Shown here in pieces: positions 11,336 to 21,515 of a stretch of 64,000 nucleotides of DNA; position 1 is the stretch's first letter; each line of letters begins with the position of its first letter. This DNA comes from Candidatus Rickettsia vulgarisii (GTDB lineage: Bacteria > Pseudomonadota > Alphaproteobacteria > Rickettsiales > Rickettsiaceae): contig CP133317.1 in NCBI GenBank assembly GCA_050920655.1, forward strand, positions 1,501,168 through 1,565,167, read 5' to 3'. Both the position numbers and the translations under genes were made by a program. The notes below the pieces were generated by a model that was given only the letters and a program-made list of their open reading frames with translations, had not been told where the DNA came from and searched no databases.

Positions 11336-12222
11336 TGTGGTATCATAATTTTTATATACGCTTTCTTACGCATGTCATCTAGGTGTTTTTGAGCTTTTTG
11401 TGACATTTTCTTATTAGTTAAGAAATTTAATACATACTCATTTTCATCTTTTGTAATATTAACTAATTTTTTGTTGCACATTAATATTAATTTAAACCCT
11501 TCCTTTGTCTCAAAAACATTACTTTTTTCTTCTGTATTTAGATCTTTTAAAATTGTTCTTATTGAAGGATTTAATCTACTTATTTTTTGATTAATATTTT
11601 CTAATGTAGCAAAATTATCATAGGAAGATTTTTTTACATCATCACAGTTTTTAATGTTTTTTTGCAAATTATGCATTTTGCTTAAAGTTTTATCGCTCTT
11701 ATCTTTAGAAGTAAAAGATAATGCTGATATTTCTGCGTCTTTTGAATTGGTAGCAAGAAGTGCAGTGTTAATTTCCTTTGGGCTAATAGTAATAGATTTA
11801 GAGAAACCAGATAAGATATTCATCTTTATAATTTCTGCGCCAATTTGAAATTTAAAACTATTAATGTCAATAGATTTACTTTTTAAGAACTCAATTAAAT
11901 ACCCTTTTGGCATTTTATTATGTTGTTCTATTTCGCTAATTGCTTCATTTAACTCGTTATCTGAGGGTTTATTCTTTGTAGATTGATATAATAATACATC
12001 ATCTATTAGGGTCTTCATTGCAATTTTATTAAGCTGAGCATCCTTTTCATTTGAATTAATATTATTAAAAGCCTTGATCATACGCTTTCTAGCTTGAAAT
12101 TCATTTAAAGTAATGGGTTCGTTATTAACCAACGCGACTATTTTAGGTAGTTCCGCTTTTGCTATAGTTATGTTAAGTAACATAATGACTAAACATAATA
12201 AATTTTTCATATTTAAACTCAC
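11332..12222 (-). CDS. SurA-like periplasmic chaperone (no parvulin signature recognisable by eye)
   Basis: 296 aa with a signal peptide (LLNITIAKA). It sits between lptD and rsmA as in the conserved lptD-surA-(pdxA)-ksgA cluster, and the N-terminal region is SurA_N-like. Confidence 0.55.
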   Translation of the reverse strand: MSLNMKNLLCLVIMLLNITIAKAELPKIVALVNNEPITLNEFQARKRMIKAFNNINSNEKDAQLNKIAMKTLIDDVLLYQSTKNKPSDNELNEAISEIEQHNKMPKGYLIEFLKSKSIDINSFKFQIGAEIIKMNILSGFSKSITISPKEINTALLATNSKDAEISALSFTSKDKSDKTLSKMHNLQKNIKNCDDVKKSSYDNFATLENINQKISRLNPSIRTILKDLNTEEKSNVFETKEGFKLILMCNKKLVNITKDENEYVLNFLTNKKMSQKAQKHLDDMRKKAYIKIMIPQ

Positions 12223-14387
12223 ATATTTAATATTTTCAATCCTATAGTAACAGTTGGCAGAGACGTTTTTTTAATCCCCCTCCTATTGTCTACCATATAA
12301 TCGTCAGAAAGCTGTGTGGATATTCTAACACAATCGTTTTGATATGTCACTCTGATACTCTGAGAAAGAATAGATAATTTAGTTTTTGGGGCATTCAGTC
12401 TCATGCCATAAGAAACTGACCATGTATCAGTTAATTGATACGATAAATTATAGTACATTTGTCGCAATTTATCATCAGCCATATTATTCATAGAATAATA
12501 TTTCTTTAAGTTTTTAATTTGTATAAAAGAAGTGGTAAATTGCAGCTTTTTAAGTGAGAGAGTACCGCCTATTTCATCTCTAATTGGTTCAAAATTTTTA
12601 TTTTTTCTAAATCTATAAAATAACTCAAGATTGCTAGAAAAACTGCTAGATATTTTTCCAACATTTTCCTGATAATGAATAGAATTACGAGGAAGATTAT
12701 TATTATAGGTTTGACCTAAAAATAGGTTAAAATAATTTTGTCCTGATAATAAGGAAGAGTTAATACCATAGCTTAATCTGTTACCAAATTCATGATTGTC
12801 AACTCCACTAAAATGGTTAGCAAGAAATAAATTATTTTCTGATAATTCATATCTATTATAATCAATAAAAGAGAATTTTTTATTAGAATTATGTTTGCGT
12901 CCTAAAGTTACAGATATAATTGGTTCAACCATTAGAGTAGATTTTTCAGAAATTGCCCCAGAGAGTGGATAGCGCCAAATATTTTGAATTTCAGGTATAT
13001 TTCTTGACAGTACTTTATTAGCTCTTGGATCATTTAGATAAGTATGGCTAATAAAATATAGATCAGTTCTATTACGGATAATAAAATTAAATAAGTGACC
13101 AGTTGGAGTTAAGAAGTTATTATCTAAAGAGATTTGAATAGAGGTTCTACCTAATTCTTTACCATTTCTTTCCTTATAGACTAAGGTATTATTTCCAATT
13201 ACTAACTTACTGGTTTCACTCTCATTTAAATTTATAACATTTTTTGTTTTTATCTTAGGATAAATTAATGGATTTGTATTGCTTGAATCATTTACATTAA
13301 GCCCTTCCAAGTAAATGCCTTCTAAAGAGAAATAATCATATATATTTATATTACGAAAATAAATTTTAGATGTTAGAGATGAAGTGTAATTTTTATAATA
13401 ATTTTTTAAATATGCCTGATCAGAAGTATGTTCTAACCTAAAACCATACTGATAATTTTCTCTACTAAAAGTACCATTAGAAAGTAAATAGTAAGAGTTT
13501 ATATTACGGTCTTTTAATAAGATATTTCCTTCTTTTGTTCTATAAGGTACTTTACCATAACTTGTCTCTATTGTTATATAATCAGTTTTATTAGGTTTAT
13601 AACGCCCTTCAATTTCATAAATATTATATTTACCAAAAAATCTTGGAATTAGAGTGAAATCTAAGTTAGGCAATACTCGATAATATAAAGGTATACCTAA
13701 GGCTTTATTTTTAAATTGAGGCATCAATATCCCTGACTTTGCTTTAGCTTTAGGTGTTGGATGAGAAAAATAAGGAGTATAAAAAATAGGGACGCCCCAA
13801 ACTTCAAAAAATAAGTTTCTGTAAGTCATTTGGCTATTATCAAGGTCAACTTGAGTTTTTTTTGCAGAAACTTGCCATATAGGCTTATTATTACATAGAA
13901 TTTTACATGGAGTAAAAGTACTATCTGTTAAATAGAAAAGATTATCACTAACTCTTTCTGCAAGTTTTGATACTAGAAGTGTATTGTCGCCAAAATATAA
14001 AATGAAGTCTGAAATTATTCCTGTTTTTAACTTATCTTTCAGAATAGCAGTTTCTCCTAAGATTACTTTATTCTCTTCATTTTTAATCATAACATTGCCT
14101 TCAGCCCAGAGTTTGTCGTTTTCTATGTCATAAATTAAAGTATTTGCTGTTAGAAAATAATCTTCTAATATGACTTCAACATTGCCTCTAGCATAAATTA
14201 GTTGCTGCTCTTTATTATACTCAACATAATCTGTTGATAAGAAATTAAAAGCTTTGCCTGCTTCCGATTTATCGATAGCAGATAATGTTAAGATAGGAAG
14301 TAAGATTGTTACAATAGTTAATAGATAGAAGAGAATTCGCATTAAGGATAATTTTGAAATATAATTTATTTTAAATATAGAGAACAA
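12219..14387 (-). CDS. lptD: LPS-assembly outer-membrane protein LptD (OstA/Imp)
   Basis: 722 aa. It has an OstA-like N-terminal domain (YARGNVEVILEDYFLTANTLIYDIENDKLWAEGNVMIKNE) and a long aromatic-rich beta-barrel. The ORF-track start is a TTG at 14387; the more likely start is the ATG at 14342 (MRILFYLLTIV... signal peptide). Confidence 0.85.
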   Translation of the reverse strand: MFSIFKINYISKLSLMRILFYLLTIVTILLPILTLSAIDKSEAGKAFNFLSTDYVEYNKEQQLIYARGNVEVILEDYFLTANTLIYDIENDKLWAEGNVMIKNEENKVILGETAILKDKLKTGIISDFILYFGDNTLLVSKLAERVSDNLFYLTDSTFTPCKILCNNKPIWQVSAKKTQVDLDNSQMTYRNLFFEVWGVPIFYTPYFSHPTPKAKAKSGILMPQFKNKALGIPLYYRVLPNLDFTLIPRFFGKYNIYEIEGRYKPNKTDYITIETSYGKVPYRTKEGNILLKDRNINSYYLLSNGTFSRENYQYGFRLEHTSDQAYLKNYYKNYTSSLTSKIYFRNINIYDYFSLEGIYLEGLNVNDSSNTNPLIYPKIKTKNVINLNESETSKLVIGNNTLVYKERNGKELGRTSIQISLDNNFLTPTGHLFNFIIRNRTDLYFISHTYLNDPRANKVLSRNIPEIQNIWRYPLSGAISEKSTLMVEPIISVTLGRKHNSNKKFSFIDYNRYELSENNLFLANHFSGVDNHEFGNRLSYGINSSLLSGQNYFNLFLGQTYNNNLPRNSIHYQENVGKISSSFSSNLELFYRFRKNKNFEPIRDEIGGTLSLKKLQFTTSFIQIKNLKKYYSMNNMADDKLRQMYYNLSYQLTDTWSVSYGMRLNAPKTKLSILSQSIRVTYQNDCVRISTQLSDDYMVDNRRGIKKTSLPTVTIGLKILNM

Positions 14388-14389
14388 AA

Positions 14390-14899
14390 ATGAATATAAT
14401 AACTAAAAAATTTATCTTTGTGCGTCATGGTAGTTCAGATTCTAATATTGAGAATTATGGGTTAAATGCAAATGGTAAAGAACAAGCTTTAGCTGCGGCG
14501 GTTAATATAGAAAAATATTTGCAAAAAACTTCTAATAAGATAGCTGAGGTTATTTCCAGCGAATTAAATAGAGCCAAAGAAACAGCTCAGATAATTAGTG
14601 AATATAATGGTAATCTTCCTGTTTCTTATAGTAATAACTTAAATTTAAGATATTTTAATGATCCCTCAGAAGAAGAAATAAGTTTTAATAAGAGAGTATA
14701 TAATACTATCTTTTCTTTAATATAATTACAAAATAAGCATAATAATTTAATAATAATTTCTCATATTGACGTTTTTGAGTCTATACAACAAGCTTTAATT
14801 AATAATGTCCTATTTAAAATCAATAAAGGCGAGCAAATGATTTTTAGTTATGATGGTTCTAAATGGAGTGTTAAAAGTTTATTAAAAGAAATTTCTTAA
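14390..14899 (+). pseudogene. Histidine phosphatase (phosphoglycerate-mutase-like) family gene with one in-frame TAA
   Basis: It has the FVRHGSSDSN catalytic motif. An in-frame TAA sits at 14723-14725, and the same frame continues (LQNKHNNLIIISHIDVF..., the second conserved His) to TAA at 14897-14899. Confidence 0.65.
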
Positions 14900-14997
14900 A
14901 TGTAGGAGATTGCTGAATTATCTTAGTGTCATAAGTATTCTAATATTATTATTCTTGTATAACCAACTATAGCTAATTCTATATAGAATAGATACAT

Positions 14998-15088
14998 ATG
15001 TCATGCGTCAGCTTGTTTTGGTCTTGTTGCATAGAGGTCTGTACTAACCGTCATAGCCACCGAGTATTGCGACTCTTCGCCATGACGA
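14998..15088. repeat. Partial or degenerate RPE-like element
   Basis: ATGTCATGCGTCAGCTTGTTTT...GCCACCGAGTATTGCGACTCTTCGCCATGACG. It contains inverted-orientation versions of the arm and inner-hairpin modules seen at 144-304. Confidence 0.6.
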
Positions 15089-15188
15089 TTGATAATATTT
15101 TTATCTCCATGCAATAATGATGAAAGCAGAGTTGTTATTGCTATCTTAATGATCTTTGCTATACCATGATAATTAAATATAAATTTAG

Positions 15189-15255
15189 GGTATCAAAATT
15201 CACCAAAATTCCACCTTAGAGAGTAAATGGTAACAGGCTTTAGAGGCAAAAGTGC
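15189..15255. repeat. Copy of a second, unnamed ~66-bp repeat family (inverted relative to 27035-27100)
   Basis: The reverse complement GCACTTTTGCCTCTAAAGCCTGTTACC...GGAATTTTGGTGAATTTTGATACC aligns at about 70 percent identity with 27035-27100. Confidence 0.5.
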
Positions 15256-15479
15256 AAAAAATATTTTTTTAAATAGCAATTTTGCTTAAAAATTAGAATA
15301 AACTAGAAAATCAATTAAGTTAGAGTTAGTTTGTTATAAATGAAAAAATATTAATATTTATGGAGAATAATTTTCACAGCAGATCTAATAAAGTAATTTT
15401 ATCAATTTCATTTCCTATTAGACATTTATAGATTGCAGTACGGTAATAGAAGTCAAGGCATCTATTCTATATATAAATA

Positions 15480-15510
15480 ATACTTGACTAAATTAGTAGG
15501 ATATTATAAT
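15480..15510 (+). promoter_or_regulatory. IscR type-1-like operator overlapping a promoter candidate for the isc cluster
   Basis: ATACTTGACTAAATTAGTAGGATAT (15480-15504) matches 23 of 25 positions of the E. coli IscR type-1 consensus ATASYYGACTRWWWYAGTCRRSTAT, as I recall it. It embeds TTGACT (15484-15489) and is followed by TATAAT (15505-15510) after a 15-nt spacer. Confidence 0.5.
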
Positions 15511-15538
15511 TATGTTTGCCATAGAATAGGATCATTAT

Positions 15539-15934
15539 ATAAAATTAACTACAAAAGCAAGATATGCTGTAGCAGCAATTTTAGAGATGGCGTCAAAAAC
15601 CCTAGGTACTCCAGTAACTTTATCCGAAATTTCAGTGCAACAAAATATACCGGTTAATTATTTGGAGCAAATTTTTGCAAGGCTTAAAAGAGCTAATTTA
15701 GTTAAAGCGATAAAAGGGCCAAAAGGTGGATATATTATTACTGATAAATTAAATAATATATAGACGCAGTTGATGAAAATATTGAAATGACTAGATGTTC
15801 AAAGGAATCAAAAATTGGCTGTATGCTAAATAAGGTACAATGTAATAATTTATGGTTTGGTCTTACTGAGCATATCAGAGATTAATTTAAATAATATTTC
15901 CATAGAAGATATCTTATTGTCAAATAATGAATAA
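15539..15934 (+). pseudogene. iscR: Rrf2-family regulator (IscR-like), decayed
   Basis: IKLTTKARYAVAAILEMASKTLGTPVTLSEISVQQNIPVNYLEQIFARLKRANLVKAIKGPKGGYII is the Rrf2 winged helix. ATA stands where ATG is expected. There is a TAG at 15761, a frame change into DAVDENIEMTRCSKESKIGCMLNKVQC (the Cys cluster), and a further stop and shift before 15934. Confidence 0.75.
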
Positions 15935-15954
15935 GTTTAATCTGAGATAGACTT

Positions 15955-17067
15955 ATGTTATATTTAGATCATAACGCAATTACTTGGATTCATCCTAAAG
16001 TTAGAGATTTTGTAATAAGTTTATTAGATGAGGCGGTATATAATCCCTCATCTATTCATAGTAATGGTCGTGGTGCTCGCGCTATAGTAGAAAAAGCAAG
16101 AATACAGATTGCAGAATCCGTTGGCATTGACATTAATTCTAGAGAGTATGAGCTTATTTTTACTTCTTCTGGAACGGAAAGCAATAATTTGTTGATGAAT
16201 AGTTATTTAGATGACAAGATTTTTATTTCAAGCGTCGAACATCTATCAATTTTTGCTCATAGTAAATATAGGAACAATATTAAGTTTATAAAAGTTGATA
16301 ATAATGGTATAATTGATATCAACGATTTAGATAAATTGTTATCTAATAGTACAAGTAGTAAGAAGCTTGTTTCAGTAATGCTTGCTAATAATGAAAGTGG
16401 AGTTATCCAAAATATTAGAGAATTAGCGGTTGTTGCAAGAAAATATGGAGCGGAGTTTCATAGTGACTGCGTACAGGCGTTTGGTAAAATCCCTGTTAAT
16501 ATCCCAGAATTAGGAATTGATTTTGTTACTCTTTCCTCTCATAAAATAGGCGGTATGCAGGGGAGTAGCGTGTTAATTGCTAAGAAAAATCATCCTCTTA
16601 AAGCGATGATGATTGGAGGAGGGCAAGAAAAAAATATTAGATCAGGAACGGAGAACGTGATAGCTATTGCGTCTTTTGGTCTTGCATCTGAGATAGTTGG
16701 GCAAGAAGTAGATGATAGATATCAAAAGATGAAGATGCTACAGGATTGTTTAGAAGAGAATTTGCTAAAATATAACGATATTAAGATAGTATCTAAAAAT
16801 GTTAAGAGGTTACCAAATACAACTCTTTTAATTATAACAAATAGCGATCCTCAGACTAAGTTAATAGCCTTCGATTTGCATGGAGTAGCGGTTAGTTCAG
16901 GTTCAGCTTGTTCTTCAGGAAAAGTTGGTAAATCTCACGTATTAGAAGCAATGGGATATAATGATGACGAATGCAAATCTTCACTAAGAATTAGCTTTAA
17001 TTATCAGCAGACTATTAAAGATGTGAAGAAGTTTATAGAAATATTCGAGAAAGTATATAATTTTTAA
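15955..17067 (+). CDS. Cysteine desulfurase, NifS-like paralogue
   Basis: 370 aa with [10 protein letters not shown] (PLP lysine) and SSGSACSSG (catalytic Cys). Confidence 0.85.
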   Translation: MLYLDHNAITWIHPKVRDFVISLLDEAVYNPSSIHSNGRGARAIVEKARIQIAESVGIDINSREYELIFTSSGTESNNLLMNSYLDDKIFISSVEHLSIFAHSKYRNNIKFIKVDNNGIIDINDLDKLLSNSTSSKKLVSVMLANNESGVIQNIRELAVVARKYGAEFHSDCVQAFGKIPVNIPELGIDFVTLSSHKIGGMQGSSVLIAKKNHPLKAMMIGGGQEKNIRSGTENVIAIASFGLASEIVGQEVDDRYQKMKMLQDCLEENLLKYNDIKIVSKNVKRLPNTTLLIITNSDPQTKLIAFDLHGVAVSSGSACSSGKVGKSHVLEAMGYNDDECKSSLRISFNYQQTIKDVKKFIEIFEKVYNF

Positions 17068-17080
17068 ATTATTAATCGAA

Positions 17081-18337
17081 ATGACAAAGTTAGAACAATT
17101 AAAAGAAAAAGTAATATCAAGTGGTAAATCATTGCCAATTTATCTCGATTATCAGGCAACTACTCCAATGGATCCAAGAGTTTTAGAAGCAATGTTACCA
17201 TATTTTGGCGCTAAATTTGGTAATCCTCATTCTAGGAGTCACTCTTTTGGTTGGGAAGCAGAGGAAGCCGTAGAAGTAGCAAGAGAAAAAGTAGCAAAAC
17301 TTATTGGAGCAGATCCTAAAGAGATTATTTTTACTTCTGGAGCAACTGAATCTAATAATTTAGCTATTAAAGGTATAGCTAGATTTTATGGTAGTAAGAA
17401 AAAGCATATTATAACAGTAGTTAGTGAACATAAATGCGTTTTAGATGCTTGTAGACATTTGGAAGATGAAGGTTTTCAAGTAACGTATTTGCCAATTCAG
17501 ACCAGTGGTTTAATTGATTTAGAAACATTAAAAAATGCTATAACAGATCAAACAATGCTAGTATCAGTTATGGCTGTAAATAATGAAATAGGGGTAATTC
17601 AGCCAATTAAGGAAATAGGTCAAATTTGTCGAGAAAAAGGTGTGTTTTTCCATTCGGATATTGCCCAAGCTTACGGTAAAATGCCAATTGACGTTAATGA
17701 GTGTAATATTGATTTAGCAAGTATTTCATCTCATAAAATTTATGGTCCTAAAGGTATTGGAGCTTTATATGTTAGAAAAAGACCAAGAGTAAGACTAATC
17801 CCAATTTTAAATGGCGGTGGGCAAGAAAGAGGAATGCGTTCTGGAACTTTACCGACTCCTTTAATTGTTGGCTTAGGTGCGGCGTCAGAAATAGCTCTTG
17901 CTGATATGGAAAAAGATAATCAGCATGTAGAAGAGCTTTTTAATAGATTTTATGATAAAATAACTAAAGAGATACCAGAAGTTTATTTAAATGGTGATAA
18001 AGAACATAGGTATAAAGGTAATTTAAATTTAAGTTTTGCCTATGTTGAAGGTGAATCTATGATTTTAGCAATTAAAGATTTAGCCGTTAGTTCTGGTTCA
18101 GCTTGTACTTCATCATCTTTAGAGCCGTCATATGTATTAAGAGCTATGGGAGTTGATGAGGAGCTTGCCCATACTTCTATCAGATTTGGCATAGGTAGAT
18201 TTACCACTATAGAAGAAATAGATTATGCAGTAGAATTAATAATATCAAAGATCAATAAATTAAGAGAACTAAGTCCTTTATGGGAGATGGTACAAGAAGG
18301 TGTGGATCTAAAAACAATAAAATGGGCAACGCATTAA
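17081..18337 (+). CDS. iscS: Cysteine desulfurase IscS
   Basis: 418 aa with [16 protein letters not shown] and [21 protein letters not shown], a typical IscS C-terminus. Confidence 0.95.
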   Translation: MTKLEQLKEKVISSGKSLPIYLDYQATTPMDPRVLEAMLPYFGAKFGNPHSRSHSFGWEAEEAVEVAREKVAKLIGADPKEIIFTSGATESNNLAIKGIARFYGSKKKHIITVVSEHKCVLDACRHLEDEGFQVTYLPIQTSGLIDLETLKNAITDQTMLVSVMAVNNEIGVIQPIKEIGQICREKGVFFHSDIAQAYGKMPIDVNECNIDLASISSHKIYGPKGIGALYVRKRPRVRLIPILNGGGQERGMRSGTLPTPLIVGLGAASEIALADMEKDNQHVEELFNRFYDKITKEIPEVYLNGDKEHRYKGNLNLSFAYVEGESMILAIKDLAVSSGSACTSSSLEPSYVLRAMGVDEELAHTSIRFGIGRFTTIEEIDYAVELIISKINKLRELSPLWEMVQEGVDLKTIKWATH

Positions 18338-18375
18338 ATTAATTTCTGATAGTGTGTTGTTAAAAAGTAAAGTCG

Positions 18376-18521
18376 ATGTCATTCCCGCGTAGGCGGGAAT
18401 CCAGAATTGATGTTATTGTTATCCCGAAAAAACTTGTTTCGGGATTCGTAATAGATGCTGAAACAAGTTCAGCATGACGTTATGGTCGTTTCCTAGATTC
18501 TTGTATACATGGGAATGACAT
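18376..18521. repeat. RPE-like composite element (146 bp) in the iscS-iscU spacer
   Basis: Left arm is ATGTCATTCCCGCGTAGGCGGGAATCCAG. The inner module is ATCCCGAAAAAACTTGTTTCGGGAT...GCTGAAACAAGTTCAGCATGACG. The right end is GGGAATGACAT. Confidence 0.8.
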
Positions 18522-18553
18522 TGAGTGTTGGATTTAAAAGATAGGAGAATAAC

Positions 18554-18934
18554 ATGGCATATAGCCAAAAAATAGTTGATCATTATGAAAACCCTCGTAA
18601 TGTGGGATCCCTGAATAAGGATGCTGCTGATGTTGGAACAGGATTAGTAGGAGCTCCTGCTTGTGGTGATGTGATGAAGTTACAAATTCAAGTTGCTGAA
18701 GATGGGACTATTACAGATGCTAAGTTTAAAACATTTGGTTGTGGTTCAGCAATTGCTTCAAGTTCTTTGGTTACAGAATGGATTAAAGGAAAATCTGTTG
18801 AAGAGGCAGAAGCTATAAAAAATACAGAGATAGCTAAGGAATTGTCATTGCCACCTGTAAAGCTTCATTGTTCAATGCTTGCGGAAGACGCTATCAAAGC
18901 GGCAATTGCTGATTATAAGAGTAAAAGATCTTAA
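18554..18934 (+). CDS. iscU: Fe-S cluster scaffold protein IscU
   Basis: 126 aa with GAPACGDVMKLQI, FGCGSAIASSS and LHCSMLAEDA. Confidence 0.95.
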   Translation: MAYSQKIVDHYENPRNVGSLNKDAADVGTGLVGAPACGDVMKLQIQVAEDGTITDAKFKTFGCGSAIASSSLVTEWIKGKSVEEAEAIKNTEIAKELSLPPVKLHCSMLAEDAIKAAIADYKSKRS

Positions 18935-18941
18935 TATTTTT

Positions 18942-19277
18942 ATGGATAAAAATATTTTATTACTAACTGATCGAGCAGTTAACCAAATAAAATTATTGCT
19001 AGCTAAAAGAGGTAAACCATCTTTTGGTATTAGAGTTGGCGTTAAATCTGGTGGCTGTTCTGGTCAGACATATTATGTAGAATATGCTGATGACAAAAAT
19101 AAATATGATGAAGTAATAGAAGTAGATACTGTTCGGATATTGATTGATCCTAAAGCCCTAATGTATATTATGAACAGCAAAATGGATTATGTAGAAGATA
19201 AATTCAAATCAGGATTTACCTTTAACAACCCTAATGCTAAAGGTACTTGTGGCTGTAATAAATCCTTTAGTGTATAA
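18942..19277 (+). CDS. iscA: Fe-S cluster insertion protein, IscA/HesB family
   Basis: The ATG at 18942 (MDKNILLLTDRAV...) gives 111 aa with GCSGQ and the C-terminal GTCGCNKSF. The ORF-track start at 18879 overlaps iscU and is unlikely. Confidence 0.9.
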   Translation: MDKNILLLTDRAVNQIKLLLAKRGKPSFGIRVGVKSGGCSGQTYYVEYADDKNKYDEVIEVDTVRILIDPKALMYIMNSKMDYVEDKFKSGFTFNNPNAKGTCGCNKSFSV

Positions 19278-19302
19278 ATATGTTGATTTAGGATAAGCTA
19301 TC

Positions 19303-20042
19303 TTATCCTAAAATGAGCCAAAGAAGCTTTTCTAATGCATTGCTTCTTGCTTTAAATGACGTATTCTTATCTTGAGGATCTATAACCCAACTTGCAAATG
19401 GAATATGTCTGTTATCTTTTGCAATCCAACCAATAACCATCCTATCCTTTTTCTCCTGGTCCTTCACCAAGTCCGGTTTTGCCATAAAGTTTCCAGCCAT
19501 CAAAGTAATCTTGTATGAATAATAATTTCTCTGTCATATTGTAAGCATGCGTACTTACAGGTAATTTTTTATCAACAAGTTTTTGTAAGAATTCTACTTG
19601 TTCTGCTGCAGATATTATTAACGCTCCGGCCAGTCTTTACGATTCATGCCAGTAATATCTTGGTTTCCAAACTCAAATTTATCTATATATTCTTTTATTT
19701 TTTCATATCCAAGTTTTTCAACTATATTACCAGAATACCAAACGCAACTGTCTAAGATCCATGTTTTTGGAGTGTGTGGCTTTTTCCAAAAACTTAAATA
19801 TGTTTCATAACCTGTTTTATAATGCCAGACAGGAGCATTTTCGTTTTCTAATATGCCAGAGTCAAATCCCATAAGGCTTAGAGTGCAATACTGAAATCAC
19901 ATCCTGGAGTATGCCTTATATTATAATCTCCTTCGCTTTTTAAAACTTTATCGTTCTCTTTAGCAAAAAAGCAACTTTCAACGGCGTACACTTGGGTGAT
20001 ATAAAAAACTGTTAAATATATAAATAAAATGATTTTTTTCAT
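19303..20042 (-). pseudogene. Class D (OXA-like) beta-lactamase remnant
   Basis: ATG at 20042 gives a signal peptide (MKKIILFIYLTVFYITQVYA). Fragments in 3 frames include ...WKKPHTPKTWILDSCVWYSGNIVEKLGYEKIKEYIDKFEFGNQDI... and ...GWIAKDNRHIPFASWVIDPQDK.... The position of the STFK active-site motif reads CDFS. Confidence 0.65.
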
Positions 20043-20084
20043 GATTTTTGAGATGCCTTACTAATTTTATAGATCTAAAAATGT

Positions 20085-21515
20085 TTAAAATTTGATATTT
20101 AAATATTTACTATTTAAATATTCGTATATTGCTTCGTCTGAGCTTTCTATACCAAAGCCTGAATTTTTTCGCCCAGAAAATGCCCCTGTAATATTCGCTG
20201 ACGGCATTGAATCATTAACTGATACCATACCAAAATCTAGTCTAGTTGCTACAGTTTGGGCTATAGAAATATCTTTCGAATAAACATACGATTGTAAACC
20301 ATACTCAGTATTATTAGCTCTTGCTATCACTTCTTCAATATTATCAAATTTATAGCAAGCTAAAACTGGACCAAATATTTCCGTTGTAAAGATTTTCATA
20401 TTATCTTGGCAATCACGAATAACTGTAGGTTCAAAGAAATTATTATGCGATTTACCGCCGCATAAAACTTTTGCTCCTTTGCTTTTAGCATCTTCAAGTA
20501 ACTTTACAATCTTATCTACGGCAGCTTTATTAATTAATGGCCCTATATTTGAGTCGGGAGCAAAACCATCTCCTACTTTAAGCTTAGAGAATTTATCGAG
20601 AATAATCTGTACAAAATCATCATAGATTGCTGTTTCTATAAAAATTCTGTTTGGAGAAGTGCAAGATTGTCCGCCTGATCTTATTTTGATAGATATAAGA
20701 TCAGAAGCAACTTTATCTAAATCCACATCCTTAAATATAATATAAGGAGCATTGCCGCCTAGTTCCATGGACAAACGCTTCATAGTAACGCCAGAGTTTT
20801 GATATAACAACTTTCCTACTCTTGTTGATCCAGTAAAGGATAATTTACGAATCCTAAAATCATTGCAAAATATTTGTCCAATATTACTAGCATTTCCTGT
20901 AATTATATTAAATACTCCAGTTGGAAGACCCGCATCGCTAGCCAATTTAACTAAAGCTAAAGCAGAGAACGGAGTAAATTCTGAAGGCTTAAGTATTACG
21001 CTACAACCAGCTGCTAAGGCCGGCGCAACTTTCCTAGTAATCATAGCATTTGGGAAATTCCAAGGAGTAATAGCGGCAATAGGACCAACAGGCTCCCATT
21101 CAGTAATAATTTTATGATTTATTTCTTTACCATTTCTGATTTTACCTTTAATCTCATGAATACTGCCAGCAAACCATTCAACAAAACCAGCTCCATATAG
21201 AATTTCTTTTTTAGATTCATCTAATGTTTTTCCTTGTTCTAAGGTAAGGATGTTTGTTAACTCATCAATATTTTCTAATATTAAAGAATGCCATTTTTTT
21301 AAGATTGTAGATCTTTGTTGAATTGGTACCTGAGACCAATTCTTAAAAGCTTTAACTGTACTATCTATAGCTTTAGCAATTAAATCATCAGAAAGATTAG
21401 GTACTGAGCCAATTTGTTGGTTAGTAGAAGGACTATTAACGGGAATTTGATCCTGACATTCTACCCAAAAACCATCTATATAATTTTTCTTATTAATTGA
21501 TTCTAACATTTCCAT
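20085..21515 (-). CDS. gabD: NAD(P)-dependent succinate-semialdehyde / aldehyde dehydrogenase
   Basis: 476 aa with ELGGNAP and GQSCTSPNR (catalytic Cys) and the ALDH fold pattern. Confidence 0.85.
   Translation of the reverse strand: MEMLESINKKNYIDGFWVECQDQIPVNSPSTNQQIGSVPNLSDDLIAKAIDSTVKAFKNWSQVPIQQRSTILKKWHSLILENIDELTNILTLEQGKTLDESKKEILYGAGFVEWFAGSIHEIKGKIRNGKEINHKIITEWEPVGPIAAITPWNFPNAMITRKVAPALAAGCSVILKPSEFTPFSALALVKLASDAGLPTGVFNIITGNASNIGQIFCNDFRIRKLSFTGSTRVGKLLYQNSGVTMKRLSMELGGNAPYIIFKDVDLDKVASDLISIKIRSGGQSCTSPNRIFIETAIYDDFVQIILDKFSKLKVGDGFAPDSNIGPLINKAAVDKIVKLLEDAKSKGAKVLCGGKSHNNFFEPTVIRDCQDNMKIFTTEIFGPVLACYKFDNIEEVIARANNTEYGLQSYVYSKDISIAQTVATRLDFGMVSVNDSMPSANITGAFSGRKNSGFGIESSDEAIYEYLNSKYLNIKF

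Noticed and set aside
14343-14387. TTG start of lptD lying 2 nt from the divergent phosphatase start
   Set aside because: The ATG at 14342 gives a proper signal peptide (MRILFYLLTIV...). The 15-codon extension is probably not translated, so the apparent 2-nt divergent spacing is an ORF-calling artefact.
18376-18521. Repeated hairpin elements considered as a possible CRISPR array
   Set aside because: The copies are dispersed tens of kb apart, are internally palindromic, and have no regular repeat-spacer periodicity or nearby cas genes. They fit RPE-type dispersed repeats.
20092-21117. Plus-strand ORFs 20092-20283 and 20863-21117
   Set aside because: They are antisense to gabD and are shadow ORFs. 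The same reasoning applies to 8852-9127, 10992-11252, 11654-11848, 29343-29546, 30496-30723, 31716-31949, 32287-32568, 44139-44327, 44552-44746, 60464-60700 and 60765-60992.
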